Positions 55,572-64,000 of a stretch of 64,000 nt of DNA are shown one piece after another. Each line of letters begins with the position of its first letter. The stretch's first letter is position 1. The position numbers and the translations under genes are program-made. This DNA comes from an uncultured Candidatus Saccharibacteria bacterium. Lineage in GTDB: Bacteria > Patescibacteriota > Saccharimonadia > Saccharimonadales > EFPC-124. A model generated the notes under the pieces. It saw nothing but the letters and a program-made list of their open reading frames with translations, made no database searches and was not told the origin of the DNA. Location: contig CAZJVU010000002.1 in the NCBI GenBank assembly GCA_964550035.1, positions 19,653-83,652 on the forward strand. The letters run 5' to 3'.

Positions 55572-57065
55572 ATGCGCCCTGTAAGCGAACTCACCCTGTA
55601 TCGATATCGACATCTGATAGGCTACGCACTGTTGGTGCTGGCAACTGTTGGATTGCTATTGTTGTTTATTACCAAAATTCCGAATGGCCTCAGCCAAGGC
55701 GAAGAGGCAAGCGCATTGGCAAGCAGTCAAATTGTCTTCGATAAAAGCTTCTTAGACCATACACAAACCGTCGACTTACCTTACCACCTGACGCAGTGGG
55801 CGAGCCTGAAGCTATTTGGCCTTGGCGCAATTGGTGTGCGGCTGCCGTCCCTTATCTTTGGGGCGTTGAGCATACTGTTTCTACTGCTTCTCCTGCGACG
55901 TTGGCTGCAAGAGAATGTTGCCATTAGCTGGGGCATTCTCGTTACATCCTCGGCGTGGTTCTTACTGCTTGGTCGGTCTGGTACGCCAGAAATAATGGTC
56001 GTCTTCTGGACAAGCCTCATTCTGCTCCTCGCGACGCTTGTTTCCCAACAGAGTAAGGGCTACCAAGCTTGGAAAGCTCTGAGCATTGTGGCTATTGGGT
56101 TGTCTTTCTATACACCGCTCATGGCCTATCTGTTCGCAGCGTCCGCACTCGCGGCTGCATTCCAGCCACACTTGCGGTACGTCATTCGGTACGCCGAGAA
56201 GACAAGCATTACACTGGGCGTATTTCTCTTCATAGCCGTACTCGTACCGCTGGGCTGGAATATCTGGAAGGACCCTATGGTCATCCGTGAGCTTCTCGCC
56301 ATTCCTGCGGTACTCCCTGGACCACTCGAATTCTTTAAAGATCTGTGGACTGCCGCGGGCACCGTTATCAATCCGTTTCACCTGAGCATCGGCAACGTCA
56401 TCACACCGCTTCTCGGTATCCCGATGGCAGCGCTTGCCACTATCGGCCTCATCCGCACGATCATGGACTATCACTCTGTCCGTAGTTACGTGCTACTCCT
56501 ATGGCTTGCCGTATTGACGCCAGTGATCGGCCTTAACCCCACACACCTGAACGTCGTATTTGTGCCGCTCATGCTCCTCGGCGCTATTGGTATGCAGTCG
56601 CTCTTCCGATACTGGTACGATCTCTTCCCACGCAACCCATACGCGCGCATCTTTGGATTGTTGCCAATCTTACTGCTGATAGCCACGGTGGTAGGCTTCA
56701 ACTATCAACGCTACTTTACGGGGATATCCTACGCGCGTAGCACCGTTGATATATACAACACCGATCCTTTGCTCCTCCACGATACCCTGGCGTCTAAGGC
56801 ATACCGCGACCAACGTATCGTGCTCGTGACGACCCCAGAACGCAAAGATCTATACGCGATAGACAAAGCAATCGCCAAAAAGCTCGATGTCATCACTGTC
56901 TCTGGATTTGTGGGTGCATCGACTGCAAATAGCATCATCCTCGACGTCAATGCCCAGTCACAGCTCACACCGCAACAGCTCGCGGTCTTGCCGCCGTTCC
57001 CGAGCAACCTTCTCGTCAATGACCACAAAGACGACTCGCTTCGCTTTCGCATCTACTCACAGTAG
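55572..57065 (+). CDS. GT-C-fold membrane glycosyltransferase (ArnT / PMT-like, GT39/GT83-like)
   Basis: About 11-13 TM helices. N-terminal loop LSQGEEASA resembles the DE motif loop of ArnT/PMT enzymes. C-terminal soluble domain. Confidence 0.55.
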   Translation: MRPVSELTLYRYRHLIGYALLVLATVGLLLLFITKIPNGLSQGEEASALASSQIVFDKSFLDHTQTVDLPYHLTQWASLKLFGLGAIGVRLPSLIFGALSILFLLLLLRRWLQENVAISWGILVTSSAWFLLLGRSGTPEIMVVFWTSLILLLATLVSQQSKGYQAWKALSIVAIGLSFYTPLMAYLFAASALAAAFQPHLRYVIRYAEKTSITLGVFLFIAVLVPLGWNIWKDPMVIRELLAIPAVLPGPLEFFKDLWTAAGTVINPFHLSIGNVITPLLGIPMAALATIGLIRTIMDYHSVRSYVLLLWLAVLTPVIGLNPTHLNVVFVPLMLLGAIGMQSLFRYWYDLFPRNPYARIFGLLPILLLIATVVGFNYQRYFTGISYARSTVDIYNTDPLLLHDTLASKAYRDQRIVLVTTPERKDLYAIDKAIAKKLDVITVSGFVGASTANSIILDVNAQSQLTPQQLAVLPPFPSNLLVNDHKDDSLRFRIYSQ

Positions 57066-57121
57066 CGGCACACCCCCGTAACTGGTACAATAAGTGAAGA
57101 TCATCGTAAGGAGTATTACCT

Positions 57122-57409
57122 ATGTTTAACCAAGCCAAAATGGTCATGAAGATCAAGAAGGCCCAGAAAGAACTGGCCAACGAAATTATCGAAGTCGAAG
57201 CCGGCGATGGCGCCGTTGTTGTACGTATTACCGGCGAACAGAAAATCAAGAAAATCGTCATCAACCCAGAGCAAGTCGACCTCGATGACATCGGCGAGCT
57301 CGAGCGCTGGGTTGAAACCGCAGTCAAAGAAGCCATCAACCGCTCTCAGCAAGTTGCTGCCGAAAAGATGAAGCCACTCATGGGCAGCCTCGGCAACTTG
57401 GGTATGTAG
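57122..57409 (+). CDS. ybaB: YbaB/EbfC nucleoid-associated protein
   Basis: About 95 aa. MFNQAKMVMKIKKAQKELANEIIEVEAGDGAVVV. Confidence 0.85.
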   Translation: MFNQAKMVMKIKKAQKELANEIIEVEAGDGAVVVRITGEQKIKKIVINPEQVDLDDIGELERWVETAVKEAINRSQQVAAEKMKPLMGSLGNLGM

Positions 57410-57421
57410 TTCACTGGCTCT

Positions 57422-58027
57422 ATGCAGATTCTACCAAAGGCATTGACTGATCTTGTTGACGAGCTCGGCAAACTACCGGGCGTCGGGCCACGCACAGCAG
57501 AGCGCTATGCGTATTATTTGCTGCGCTCCGACCCGCACATTGCTACGAAGCTGAGCGCAAGCGTGGCCCAACTCCACAATGGCGTTGGCTACTGCAAGAA
57601 AACATTTGCGCTGGTCGAAAAAGGCCAAGAACTTTCGCCACTCTATACCGGCCCTACCCGCAATAAAAAGCTCGTCGCGGTCGTTGAGGAGCCGCTCGAT
57701 GTCGTCGCGTTGGAGCGTACCGGCCAGTTCAAGGGCACGTACCATGTGCTCGGGGGTGCCATTTCGCCAATTGATGGGATTGGCCCGGAACAGCTTCATA
57801 TCGCCGAACTGCTCGAGCGAATTGACGATGACGAAGTCGAAGAGATCATTCTCGCCATGAACGCGAGTGTCGAAGGGGAGTCAACCGCGCTGTATTTACA
57901 GAGACAGATTGGAGACCGCGATGTGCGCGTCACCCGCCTGGCCCGAGGATTGCCCGTCGGCGTCGACCTGGAGTACGCCGATCAGATCACACTTGGCCAC
58001 GCACTCGAAGGCCGTCAGAAATTATAA
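57422..58027 (+). CDS. recR: recombination protein RecR
   Basis: LPGVGPRTAERYAYYLL HhH motif, C4 zinc finger, Toprim domain. Confidence 0.95.
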   Translation: MQILPKALTDLVDELGKLPGVGPRTAERYAYYLLRSDPHIATKLSASVAQLHNGVGYCKKTFALVEKGQELSPLYTGPTRNKKLVAVVEEPLDVVALERTGQFKGTYHVLGGAISPIDGIGPEQLHIAELLERIDDDEVEEIILAMNASVEGESTALYLQRQIGDRDVRVTRLARGLPVGVDLEYADQITLGHALEGRQKL

Positions 58028-58038
58028 GTTCAAAGTGT

Positions 58039-58143
58039 TGCTTATAGGGCGGCGGTCGCGGGCATGCGACGCGCCGCCCTACACATGGTGCGTGGTGCTC
58101 AGCTCTGCGCGGCCTGCTTGAACTCACGCAGGAAGCGCGTGGG
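58039..58143. repeat. copy 1 of a ~105 bp direct repeat (3' end of paralog A plus its GC-rich terminator hairpin)
   Basis: Near-identical (about 93%) to 58667-58773. Contains the hairpin GGGCGGCGGTCGC...GCGACGCGCCGCCC. Confidence 0.8.
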
Positions 58144-58557
58144 GGAGAGCAACGCGTGCATGAAGAGCATCCCTTTCGCCTTGTGCCCCCGAACCGTGTG
58201 CCCACGGGCGTAGAAACCCAGCGGCAAACGAAGGACGATGCAGGACTGCACGCCGATCTCCCACAGCTGGTCCACCGATCCCATACCGGCTGCGTACCGC
58301 CTGACGAAACCAGCGAAGCGGCCCTCGGCATCGCCGGGCAGTCGACACCGCAGCACGTCAGACCGCAGCCTCTGCTCGGAAACCTGTTCGGCGCGGAACA
58401 CCGTTCGGATTTTGGGTGCCAAGGGGTAGAGACAAAGGAACGTATCGAACTCCGTGGGGACATTCGTGCGGTCACCCGACACGATGACGTTGAACGAGGA
58501 GACGGGCAGCCGCCCCGTGAGCCAAGCTTCCATACGGTTCTCCTCGACCGGATCCAT
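58099..58557 (-). CDS. hypothetical protein, paralog A of a three-member tandem family (high GC)
   Basis: AGGAG SD then ATG at 58557. Shares CLYPxxP, LPxGAEG, LPLG and LLSPTxFLxELKxAA motifs with the two upstream genes. Confidence 0.6.
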   Translation of the reverse strand: MDPVEENRMEAWLTGRLPVSSFNVIVSGDRTNVPTEFDTFLCLYPLAPKIRTVFRAEQVSEQRLRSDVLRCRLPGDAEGRFAGFVRRYAAGMGSVDQLWEIGVQSCIVLRLPLGFYARGHTVRGHKAKGMLFMHALLSPTRFLREFKQAAQS

Positions 58558-58587
58558 GATCACTCCTCTGGTCGTACCGATAACGGA

Positions 58588-58605
58588 CGTGCTAGTTATA
58601 GCACG
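58588..58605. promoter_or_regulatory. palindrome CGTGCTAGTTATAGCACG (minus-strand reading CGTGCTATAACTAGCACG) 38 nt upstream of paralog A
   Basis: 7 bp perfect arms around a TATAAC -10-like core. Related to the palindrome at 17937-17958. Confidence 0.4.
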
Positions 58606-58666
58606 TAAGATATTCCTCCGCAACCGCACGCCCTCGCTAACGGCCGCTGTTCTCATAAATTCAGTA

Positions 58667-58773
58667 TTGCTCGCATAGGGCGGCGGTCGCGGTCAAGCGA
58701 CGCGCCGCCCTACACATGGTGCGTGGTGCTCAGCTCTGCGCGGCCTGCTTGAGCTCGCGCAGGAAGTACGTGG
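58667..58773. repeat. copy 2 of the ~105 bp direct repeat (3' end of paralog B plus terminator hairpin)
   Basis: See copy 1 (58039-58143). Confidence 0.8.
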
Positions 58774-59176
58774 GTGAGAGGAGTGAGCTCACCCAGAGGA
58801 CGTACTTCCGTTCCTTCTGAGCGGTGACGCCGACGGAGTAGCAGCCGAGAGGCAGCTGGTGCTTTCTGGCCAACTCTGCAGCGATTTCGTTCAGCTCCTC
58901 CTGCGAACCCATCCCTCGAGTGTTCCGGCGGATGCCCTTCAGATACTCTCCCTCGGCGCCGTCGGGCAGGTCGCAACCCGCGATGCGCTGCTGCAGCTCC
59001 GCGTCCGGCATGATGCCGTTGTTGAAGATGCGCAACCGTGGCTCGTAGGGGTAGAGGCAGACGAAAGCCTTGTATTCTGTTGCCCGCCTCGAAGGCTGGC
59101 CCCCGACGATGAAAGCCAGCGTCGGGACGGGATGCTGCGTCTTCAGCCACTTGAGCATGCGCTCTTGGTCGTTCAT
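58730..59176 (-). CDS. hypothetical protein, paralog B
   Basis: GGAGG SD then ATG at 59176 (MNDQERMLKWL...). C-terminus identical to paralog A (FLRELKQAAQS). Confidence 0.6.
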   Translation of the reverse strand: MNDQERMLKWLKTQHPVPTLAFIVGGQPSRRATEYKAFVCLYPYEPRLRIFNNGIMPDAELQQRIAGCDLPDGAEGEYLKGIRRNTRGMGSQEELNEIAAELARKHQLPLGCYSVGVTAQKERKYVLWVSSLLSPTYFLRELKQAAQS

Positions 59177-59234
59177 GAAACCTCCAGTTGTCGGTAGATC
59201 AGAACTTCTCGAAACCGAGCGTGATAACACGCGA

Positions 59235-59684
59235 TCAGCGACGGGCCGCCGCCTTCAGCTCCGCCAGGAAATCGGTCGGGGAGAGCAGCATGCTCATCCA
59301 GACCGCGTGCTTCAGCTTGCCTCGGTCGGTGCGACCCACTGCGAAGCATCCCAACGGTAGACCGTCGCGAGCGGCGAGGCCTTCGGCTATCTCGCGCAAC
59401 TCTTTTACTGCGTTCGGCTCCTCCGTCTTCGATCGGATGTACTCCGCGTACTGCGCGGCGTCGGGTTCGAGGAACTCAGCCGCTGCGAGCAGCCGTAACA
59501 GCTTCCAGTTCGTCACAAGCCCGTTGCTGAAGATGTGGAGCTGAGGCTCGCCGGGATACAAGCAAGCGAAAACGCCCCACCTCGCCGGATGGTCCCGATT
59601 GCCCGCGACGGCGTAGCAGTTCGAGGGAATGTTCAGGCTTCCCGACACCCAACCAACCAAGCGCTCTTTGTCGTGCTCACTCAT
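59235..59684 (-). CDS. hypothetical protein, paralog C
   Basis: GGAGG SD then ATG at 59684 (MSEHDKERLVGW...). Same motif set as A and B. Confidence 0.6.
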   Translation of the reverse strand: MSEHDKERLVGWVSGSLNIPSNCYAVAGNRDHPARWGVFACLYPGEPQLHIFSNGLVTNWKLLRLLAAAEFLEPDAAQYAEYIRSKTEEPNAVKELREIAEGLAARDGLPLGCFAVGRTDRGKLKHAVWMSMLLSPTDFLAELKAAARR

Positions 59685-59715
59685 GAGCACCTCCGTCCTT
59701 ATCGACAACAAACGT

Positions 59716-59769
59716 GGTATTTATAGCACACTGCATACATTCCCGCAACCGCCGCTCATCTGGTACAAT
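59716..59769. promoter_or_regulatory. divergent promoter region: extended -10 TGTGCTATAAAT for paralog C (minus), and TGGTACAAT for nrnA (plus, near-leaderless)
   Basis: The plus-strand -10 TACAAT at 59764-59769 is 9 nt upstream of the nrnA ATG with no SD. The minus-strand element is shared with paralog A. Confidence 0.45.
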
Positions 59770-59778
59770 AGATCCATA

Positions 59779-60780
59779 ATGTTTGACGAAGCCAAAAAAC
59801 TTGTTGAAGATGCCGAACGCATCGTTGTGATCCAGGGCGAAAACCCCGATGGTGATAGCCTTGGCAGTAGCCTGGCCCTCGAAGAGATCCTTGGCGACCT
59901 CGGTAAAGATGTCGTCATGTACTGCGCCATCAATATTCCGACATACCTCGGCTATCTCAAGGGCTGGGACCGCGTAATCGACGAATTTCCCCATGAGTTT
60001 GACCTCAGCATCGTCGTCGACACCGCCAGCGCAACGCTGCTTGAGCGAGCCATCGCACCAGAGAATGTCGCGCTTATCAGTAAGCGACCATCAATCGTCA
60101 TCGACCACCACGTGACCGAAGGCGACATCCCATTCGACCACCTCGCCATGACCGACCAAACCATGGTTGCGACGGGCGAGCTCATATATAAATGGACGCA
60201 ACACGCCGGCTGGAAGGTAAACGCACAGGCTTGCGAACACCTTGCCATATCGATTCTGGCCGACTCGCTTGGCCTGGTAACTGAGAACACAACGAGCAAT
60301 AGCATCCGCACGGTCGCCAGCCTTGTCGATGGCGGCGCTAGCCTGGCGACAATCGACAATCGCCGGCGCGACTTCATGAAGAAATCGCCTGAAATTCTCG
60401 AATACAAAGGTCGCCTCCTGCAGCGCATCGAATACTATAACGACGGCGCGCTGTCGCTGGTCCATATTCCATGGGACGAAATCACCGAGTTCAGCCATCA
60501 GTATAATCCGTCCGTGCTTGTGCTTGACGAGATGCGATTGGTTAACGACGTCCGCGTCGCCATCGCGCTCAAAACCTACCCCGACGGCAAAATAACCGGC
60601 AAAATCCGCTGTAATAGCGGGTCCAAAGTAGCCGAGCAGATCGCTGGGTACTTTGGCGGTGGCGGTCACGCCTACGTCGCCGGATTCCGCACCTACAGTG
60701 ACAACTATGAGGATGTGAAGCACGATCTCATCCGCACAGTTGACAGGATTCTCACCGAATACGATAAAACCCAGGAGTAA
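59779..60780 (+). CDS. nrnA: DHH-family phosphoesterase (NrnA-like nanoRNase / pAp phosphatase)
   Basis: DHH motifs (IVIDHH, GDSLGSSLAL) and a DHHA1 GGGH motif (GGGGHAYVAG). Confidence 0.8.
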   Translation: MFDEAKKLVEDAERIVVIQGENPDGDSLGSSLALEEILGDLGKDVVMYCAINIPTYLGYLKGWDRVIDEFPHEFDLSIVVDTASATLLERAIAPENVALISKRPSIVIDHHVTEGDIPFDHLAMTDQTMVATGELIYKWTQHAGWKVNAQACEHLAISILADSLGLVTENTTSNSIRTVASLVDGGASLATIDNRRRDFMKKSPEILEYKGRLLQRIEYYNDGALSLVHIPWDEITEFSHQYNPSVLVLDEMRLVNDVRVAIALKTYPDGKITGKIRCNSGSKVAEQIAGYFGGGGHAYVAGFRTYSDNYEDVKHDLIRTVDRILTEYDKTQE

Positions 60781-60783
60781 TCC

Positions 60784-62199
60784 ATGAGACTTTACAATAC
60801 GCTCGCCAGGGACATTCAAGACTTTGTCCCGCTTCAAGACAACATTGCACGCATCTATTCGTGCGGCCCGACAGTGTATGACCACGCTCACATCGGTAAC
60901 ATGAGCGCTTATATTTTTGCTGATACGCTCCGCCGCGTCGTTGGTCTGACCACCGGCACCACGCCAAAACACGTCATGAACTACACGGACGTCGACGACA
61001 AGACGATTCGCCGCAGTCGCGAACGCTATCCAGACCTCGAGCCTCGCGAAGCGCTCCGCAAACTTACCGATACATACATTGAGCTCTTTCTGGCTGACAT
61101 GAAGCGTGCTGGCAACGATACGGATGCTATTACTTTCGTTCGTGCCACCGACAATATCCAGAGCATGCAGGAGCTGACACGACGACTTCACGAAGGCGGT
61201 TTTGCCTATCTTGCCGATGATGGCGTGTACTTTTCGATCGAGGCCTACCAGAAGAGCGGCAAAAAGTACGGCCAGCTCCTGGATCTGGATGCGCAGAACA
61301 CCAGCGAAGCGCGCATTAATAACGACGAGTATGACAAAGACAACATCCATGACTTCGTGCTCTGGAAAAAGCAAAAAGACGGCGAGCCAGCCTGGGCATT
61401 TGAGATCGATGGCAAGGATATGACTGGGCGCCCCGGATGGCATATCGAATGCTCGGCAATGAGTCGCAGTGAGCTCGACCAACCATTTGACATCCACACC
61501 GGTGGCGTCGACTTGATATTCCCGCACCACGAAAACGAAATCGCCCAGAGCACAGCGCTTGCCATTCCAACGATGGCGCAGTTCTTTGCCCACAATGAGC
61601 ACATTCTGGTGGACGGTAAGAAGATGGCAAAATCAGCCAATAACTTCTACACACTAGAGGACATCATTGCTAAAGGTTACGATCCGCTCGCGTTTCGTCT
61701 ATTGGTTCTGCAAGCGCACTACCGGTCGCAGGTGCACTTTAGCTGGGAGAACTTGGAGGCAGCGCAGAATCGCTTGCATAGTATCTACGCTTGGGCGGAC
61801 CTACGGTTCCAGCCAAGCGCGGACGAAATGACCGATGAACTCGATAACCTGTTCCGCACCACGCGCGAAGATATCTCAGCCGCAATGCAGAACGACCTCA
61901 ACACACCGCAAGCGCTCGTCGCCCTCGGCAAGCTCATGGACTACATGAGCACCATCGCCGTCCCCGGCGTGGAAGGGAAGTACACCGACGGTACGCTTGG
62001 ATTCCTCGATGACGTGTTCGGGCTCGGACTTGCGCACCGAAGTGACATCACCGTTGAGCAGAGGCAACTTATCAAAGACCGTGAAACTGCTCGCGCCAAC
62101 AAAGACTGGGCAAAGTCAGACGAAATCCGCGATACGCTCGCCGAGCAGAAGCTTGGCCTCCGCGACACCGACCACGGCACGGTCTGGTATCGGCTCTAG
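60784..62199 (+). CDS. cysS: cysteine--tRNA ligase
   Basis: HIGN (HAHIGN), KMSKS-type KMAKS and a zinc-binding Cys. Class I aaRS. Confidence 0.95.
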   Translation: MRLYNTLARDIQDFVPLQDNIARIYSCGPTVYDHAHIGNMSAYIFADTLRRVVGLTTGTTPKHVMNYTDVDDKTIRRSRERYPDLEPREALRKLTDTYIELFLADMKRAGNDTDAITFVRATDNIQSMQELTRRLHEGGFAYLADDGVYFSIEAYQKSGKKYGQLLDLDAQNTSEARINNDEYDKDNIHDFVLWKKQKDGEPAWAFEIDGKDMTGRPGWHIECSAMSRSELDQPFDIHTGGVDLIFPHHENEIAQSTALAIPTMAQFFAHNEHILVDGKKMAKSANNFYTLEDIIAKGYDPLAFRLLVLQAHYRSQVHFSWENLEAAQNRLHSIYAWADLRFQPSADEMTDELDNLFRTTREDISAAMQNDLNTPQALVALGKLMDYMSTIAVPGVEGKYTDGTLGFLDDVFGLGLAHRSDITVEQRQLIKDRETARANKDWAKSDEIRDTLAEQKLGLRDTDHGTVWYRL

Positions 62200-62369
62200 C
62201 GCTGGGCGAGACTCTCAGCCAACCGCTCGAAGAAGTCCCGAGAGTACTTGTAGCCATCGGCCGCAAGCTCTTGGGCTTCTTTAGTCGTGATCGATTCCCA
62301 TTTGCGCTGCGGCTTGGTCGTACCGGCGCTTGGTCGCATCGACAAGCGCCTGCTCAAAGGTGCTTCTCA

Positions 62370-63512
62370 CTACTGCGACTCAGTAACCTGTGCGACCTTC
62401 GATCGTACAAACCGGCCCCAGCTGCGACGTGTGGTTGGCTTGCTCACTTTGCGGCGCTCGAGGTAGTCAAGAATAAGAACGCGGATACAGCCTGCCGCTG
62501 GAATCGCCAGAAAACCACCGACCGGACCGAGCAAGTTGATGCCGACCAACGCTGCGACCAAAATCGTCAACGCGCTGAGCTCGATAGTTCGCGCCTGAAC
62601 CGTCGGCTGGATGAGGTTATTCTCGATTTGCTGATAGATAAAGAAGTAGACTCCGAAGGCCACAGCCGCGCCAAGGTCATTAAAGATCAGTACAAATATC
62701 ACAATCGTCGCGCCAATAATCGCGCCAATCATCGGTACTAAGTCAGTCAGAAAGATCAAAAACGCCAGCGGCAGCACGGCAGTAAGCGGCACCGTAAAGA
62801 ACGCCGTGAATGCAAAGAGCACCAAAAGTCCCGCCGCCCCGGCGAGCGTCGCCACAAAAACCTGTCCACTCACATAGCGCGTCACCACTGTATACATACG
62901 ACTGATGAGGTACTTATGATGCTGCAGCTTGTGGTCATCGGTATAGATGCTCCATAGCCGCTCAAGCCAGCGGGGACCCTCGATCAGCGCCAAGAAAGTG
63001 AGCACAAGTACCGTTAGCAACGTCACAAATCCGCTCAACACCGTTGTCACACCACTAATGACACTCCCGCCGACGCCCGATACGATACTGCCGGCCTGCT
63101 TGCGTGCGCCATCGACAAATTGGTTAACTTCGTCCTGAAGGTTATACCGCTTAATGACATCAGACACGACGCCTTTCTGGCCACTGACTTGCTCGATATA
63201 GCTCGGGAGGGAATTGATGAAGCTAGACGTCTGGCGAACAATAGGCGGGATCGCCACATAGACAAAGAACCCAATGATGGCCAGCACGATAATATAGCTC
63301 ACCGTCGTTGCCAGAACACGGCTGTGGCCAGGGAGCCTATTAGCGAGCGATGAAACCGGGGGATTGAGCGCCATCGCCAGGAAGAATGAAATCAGCACTA
63401 TCATCAAAGACGGCGTCAGCTTCCAGAGAACAAAAATACCGCCCACAAAGACTGCAGCCACCAAGAAGAGGCGGACGAAGGTTGATGAATCGATCTCGAT
63501 TTTGACTTTCAC
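62370..63512 (-). CDS. AI-2E family transporter (PerM/YhhT, UPF0118)
   Basis: About 8 TM helices with the typical central loop. Length 380 aa. Confidence 0.75.
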   Translation of the reverse strand: MKVKIEIDSSTFVRLFLVAAVFVGGIFVLWKLTPSLMIVLISFFLAMALNPPVSSLANRLPGHSRVLATTVSYIIVLAIIGFFVYVAIPPIVRQTSSFINSLPSYIEQVSGQKGVVSDVIKRYNLQDEVNQFVDGARKQAGSIVSGVGGSVISGVTTVLSGFVTLLTVLVLTFLALIEGPRWLERLWSIYTDDHKLQHHKYLISRMYTVVTRYVSGQVFVATLAGAAGLLVLFAFTAFFTVPLTAVLPLAFLIFLTDLVPMIGAIIGATIVIFVLIFNDLGAAVAFGVYFFIYQQIENNLIQPTVQARTIELSALTILVAALVGINLLGPVGGFLAIPAAGCIRVLILDYLERRKVSKPTTRRSWGRFVRSKVAQVTESQ

Positions 63513-63542
63513 GAGGCTAACCGCTCCTTTATTGTTTATCGT

Positions 63543-63710
63543 TTAGTTGAATCTAACTTTGTATGCCACAGCCACACCGATAAGTGCGCCGACGACAGCA
63601 TAAAAAATCGTGTAGATACTGAGAATATCGAAACGAAAAATGAGAAGTGCGATATACGCCATGGCGGCCGCACCAATGGCGCCTGCCCGTAAAAGCGTTT
63701 TGCTGTCCAT
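63543..63710 (-). CDS. candidate 55 aa small membrane protein
   Basis: MDSKTLLRAGAIGAAAMAYIALLIFRFDILSIYTIFYAVVGALIGVAVAYKVRFN. Two hydrophobic helices. Below the ORF-track cutoff. Confidence 0.3.
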   Translation of the reverse strand: MDSKTLLRAGAIGAAAMAYIALLIFRFDILSIYTIFYAVVGALIGVAVAYKVRFN

Positions 63711-63810
63711 GACACTTAGTATGACGCAAAATAGATCAAAACACCAGCGGGCCTTCTACGTAAAACACGCACGTCGAGCGCGCGTGTTTTACGTAGAAAA
63801 GGGAAGTGGT

Positions 63811-64000
63811 TAGCCGCGAGCAGCAAGCTCTTCGCGAGCGGCCGCCATCTTCTCGGACCAGAAGACAAGTCGGTCAAGCATAGTGTGTGCAGCCTTCTCG
63901 TGGCGCTCAGTAAACTGGTAGTTACCCTTGTCGTCCAGATTAAGGTAGTACTCTGGCAGAATAATATGCTCAGTGATGTCATACATCGAGAGGTGACCTA
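63811..64000 (-). CDS. C-terminal fragment of a hypothetical protein (gene starts beyond window end)
   Basis: Open frame to the window edge, ending ...EKMAAAREELAARG*. Not identifiable. Confidence 0.35.

Noticed and set aside
62271-62741. 156 aa plus-strand ORF overlapping the AI-2E transporter gene
   Set aside because: Antisense shadow inside a well-supported membrane protein gene. Arg-rich.
1-64000. CRISPR arrays or cas genes
   Set aside because: No short regularly spaced direct repeats were seen anywhere in the window. The only sizeable direct repeat is the 105 bp paralog duplication.

Overview
This 64 kb window is a gene-dense bacterial chromosomal segment that mixes conserved housekeeping genes with accessory and horizontally acquired material. 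The backbone is roughly 52-60% GC.

Main contents, in order:
- 1-7.6 kb: a minus-strand cell-envelope glycosylation operon. It holds GT4 and GT2 glycosyltransferases, a CE4 deacetylase-GT4 fusion, a polyprenyl-phosphate sugar synthase-like GT2 and a 793 aa polytopic membrane protein.
- 8.9-12.8 kb: an orphan sensor histidine kinase and a membrane-anchored GT2.
- 13.4-21.3 kb: secE-nusG, then a ~5 kb insertion, then rplK, a small ORF, and rplA. The insertion carries low-GC ORFans, an IS1595-family transposase, an atypical tRNA-like sequence and a three-gene high-GC cassette. rplA has an ~85 aa low-complexity N-terminal extension.
- 21.6-24.8 kb: a nucleotide cluster of a dNMP-kinase-like P-loop kinase, dcd, tmk and thyA.
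- 26.4-31.1 kb: a promoter, small ORF and terminator leader element, followed by an ATP-grasp-like protein, an S58/DmpA aminopeptidase, an Asp/Glu racemase and an M20 peptidase.
- 31.3-32.6 kb: rplJ and rplL, with an unusual 18 bp perfect inverted repeat between them.
- 33.8-37.4 kb: a large CHASE/PAS histidine kinase and a CheY-like receiver.
- 37.4-43.6 kb: a complete type IV pilus operon. It has pilB, pilC, three pseudopilins, a 468 aa prepilin with six LVIVD-like beta-propeller repeats, and the major pilin.
- 43.6-57 kb: a high-GC bactofilin-like protein, AEC and MFS transporters, an ECF sigma/anti-sigma pair, a VOC protein, dnaX, dnaB, a CHAP-domain hydrolase with a 7-bladed WW-repeat propeller, and a GT-C-like membrane glycosyltransferase.
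- 57.1-58.0 kb: ybaB and recR.
- 58.1-59.7 kb: three tandem paralogous small high-GC genes. Two of them share a ~105 bp near-identical 3' end plus terminator repeat, and each sits behind a palindromic promoter motif.
- 59.8-64 kb: nrnA-like DHH phosphoesterase, cysS and an AI-2E transporter.

At least eight short high-GC islets (65-72% GC) carry ORFans, and one low-GC island (~38-45% GC) is present. This points to repeated horizontal acquisition. The gene content (T4P, a reduced ribosomal cluster, glycosylation systems) is reminiscent of Patescibacteria/Saccharibacteria-like lineages. That is an inference from gene content only.
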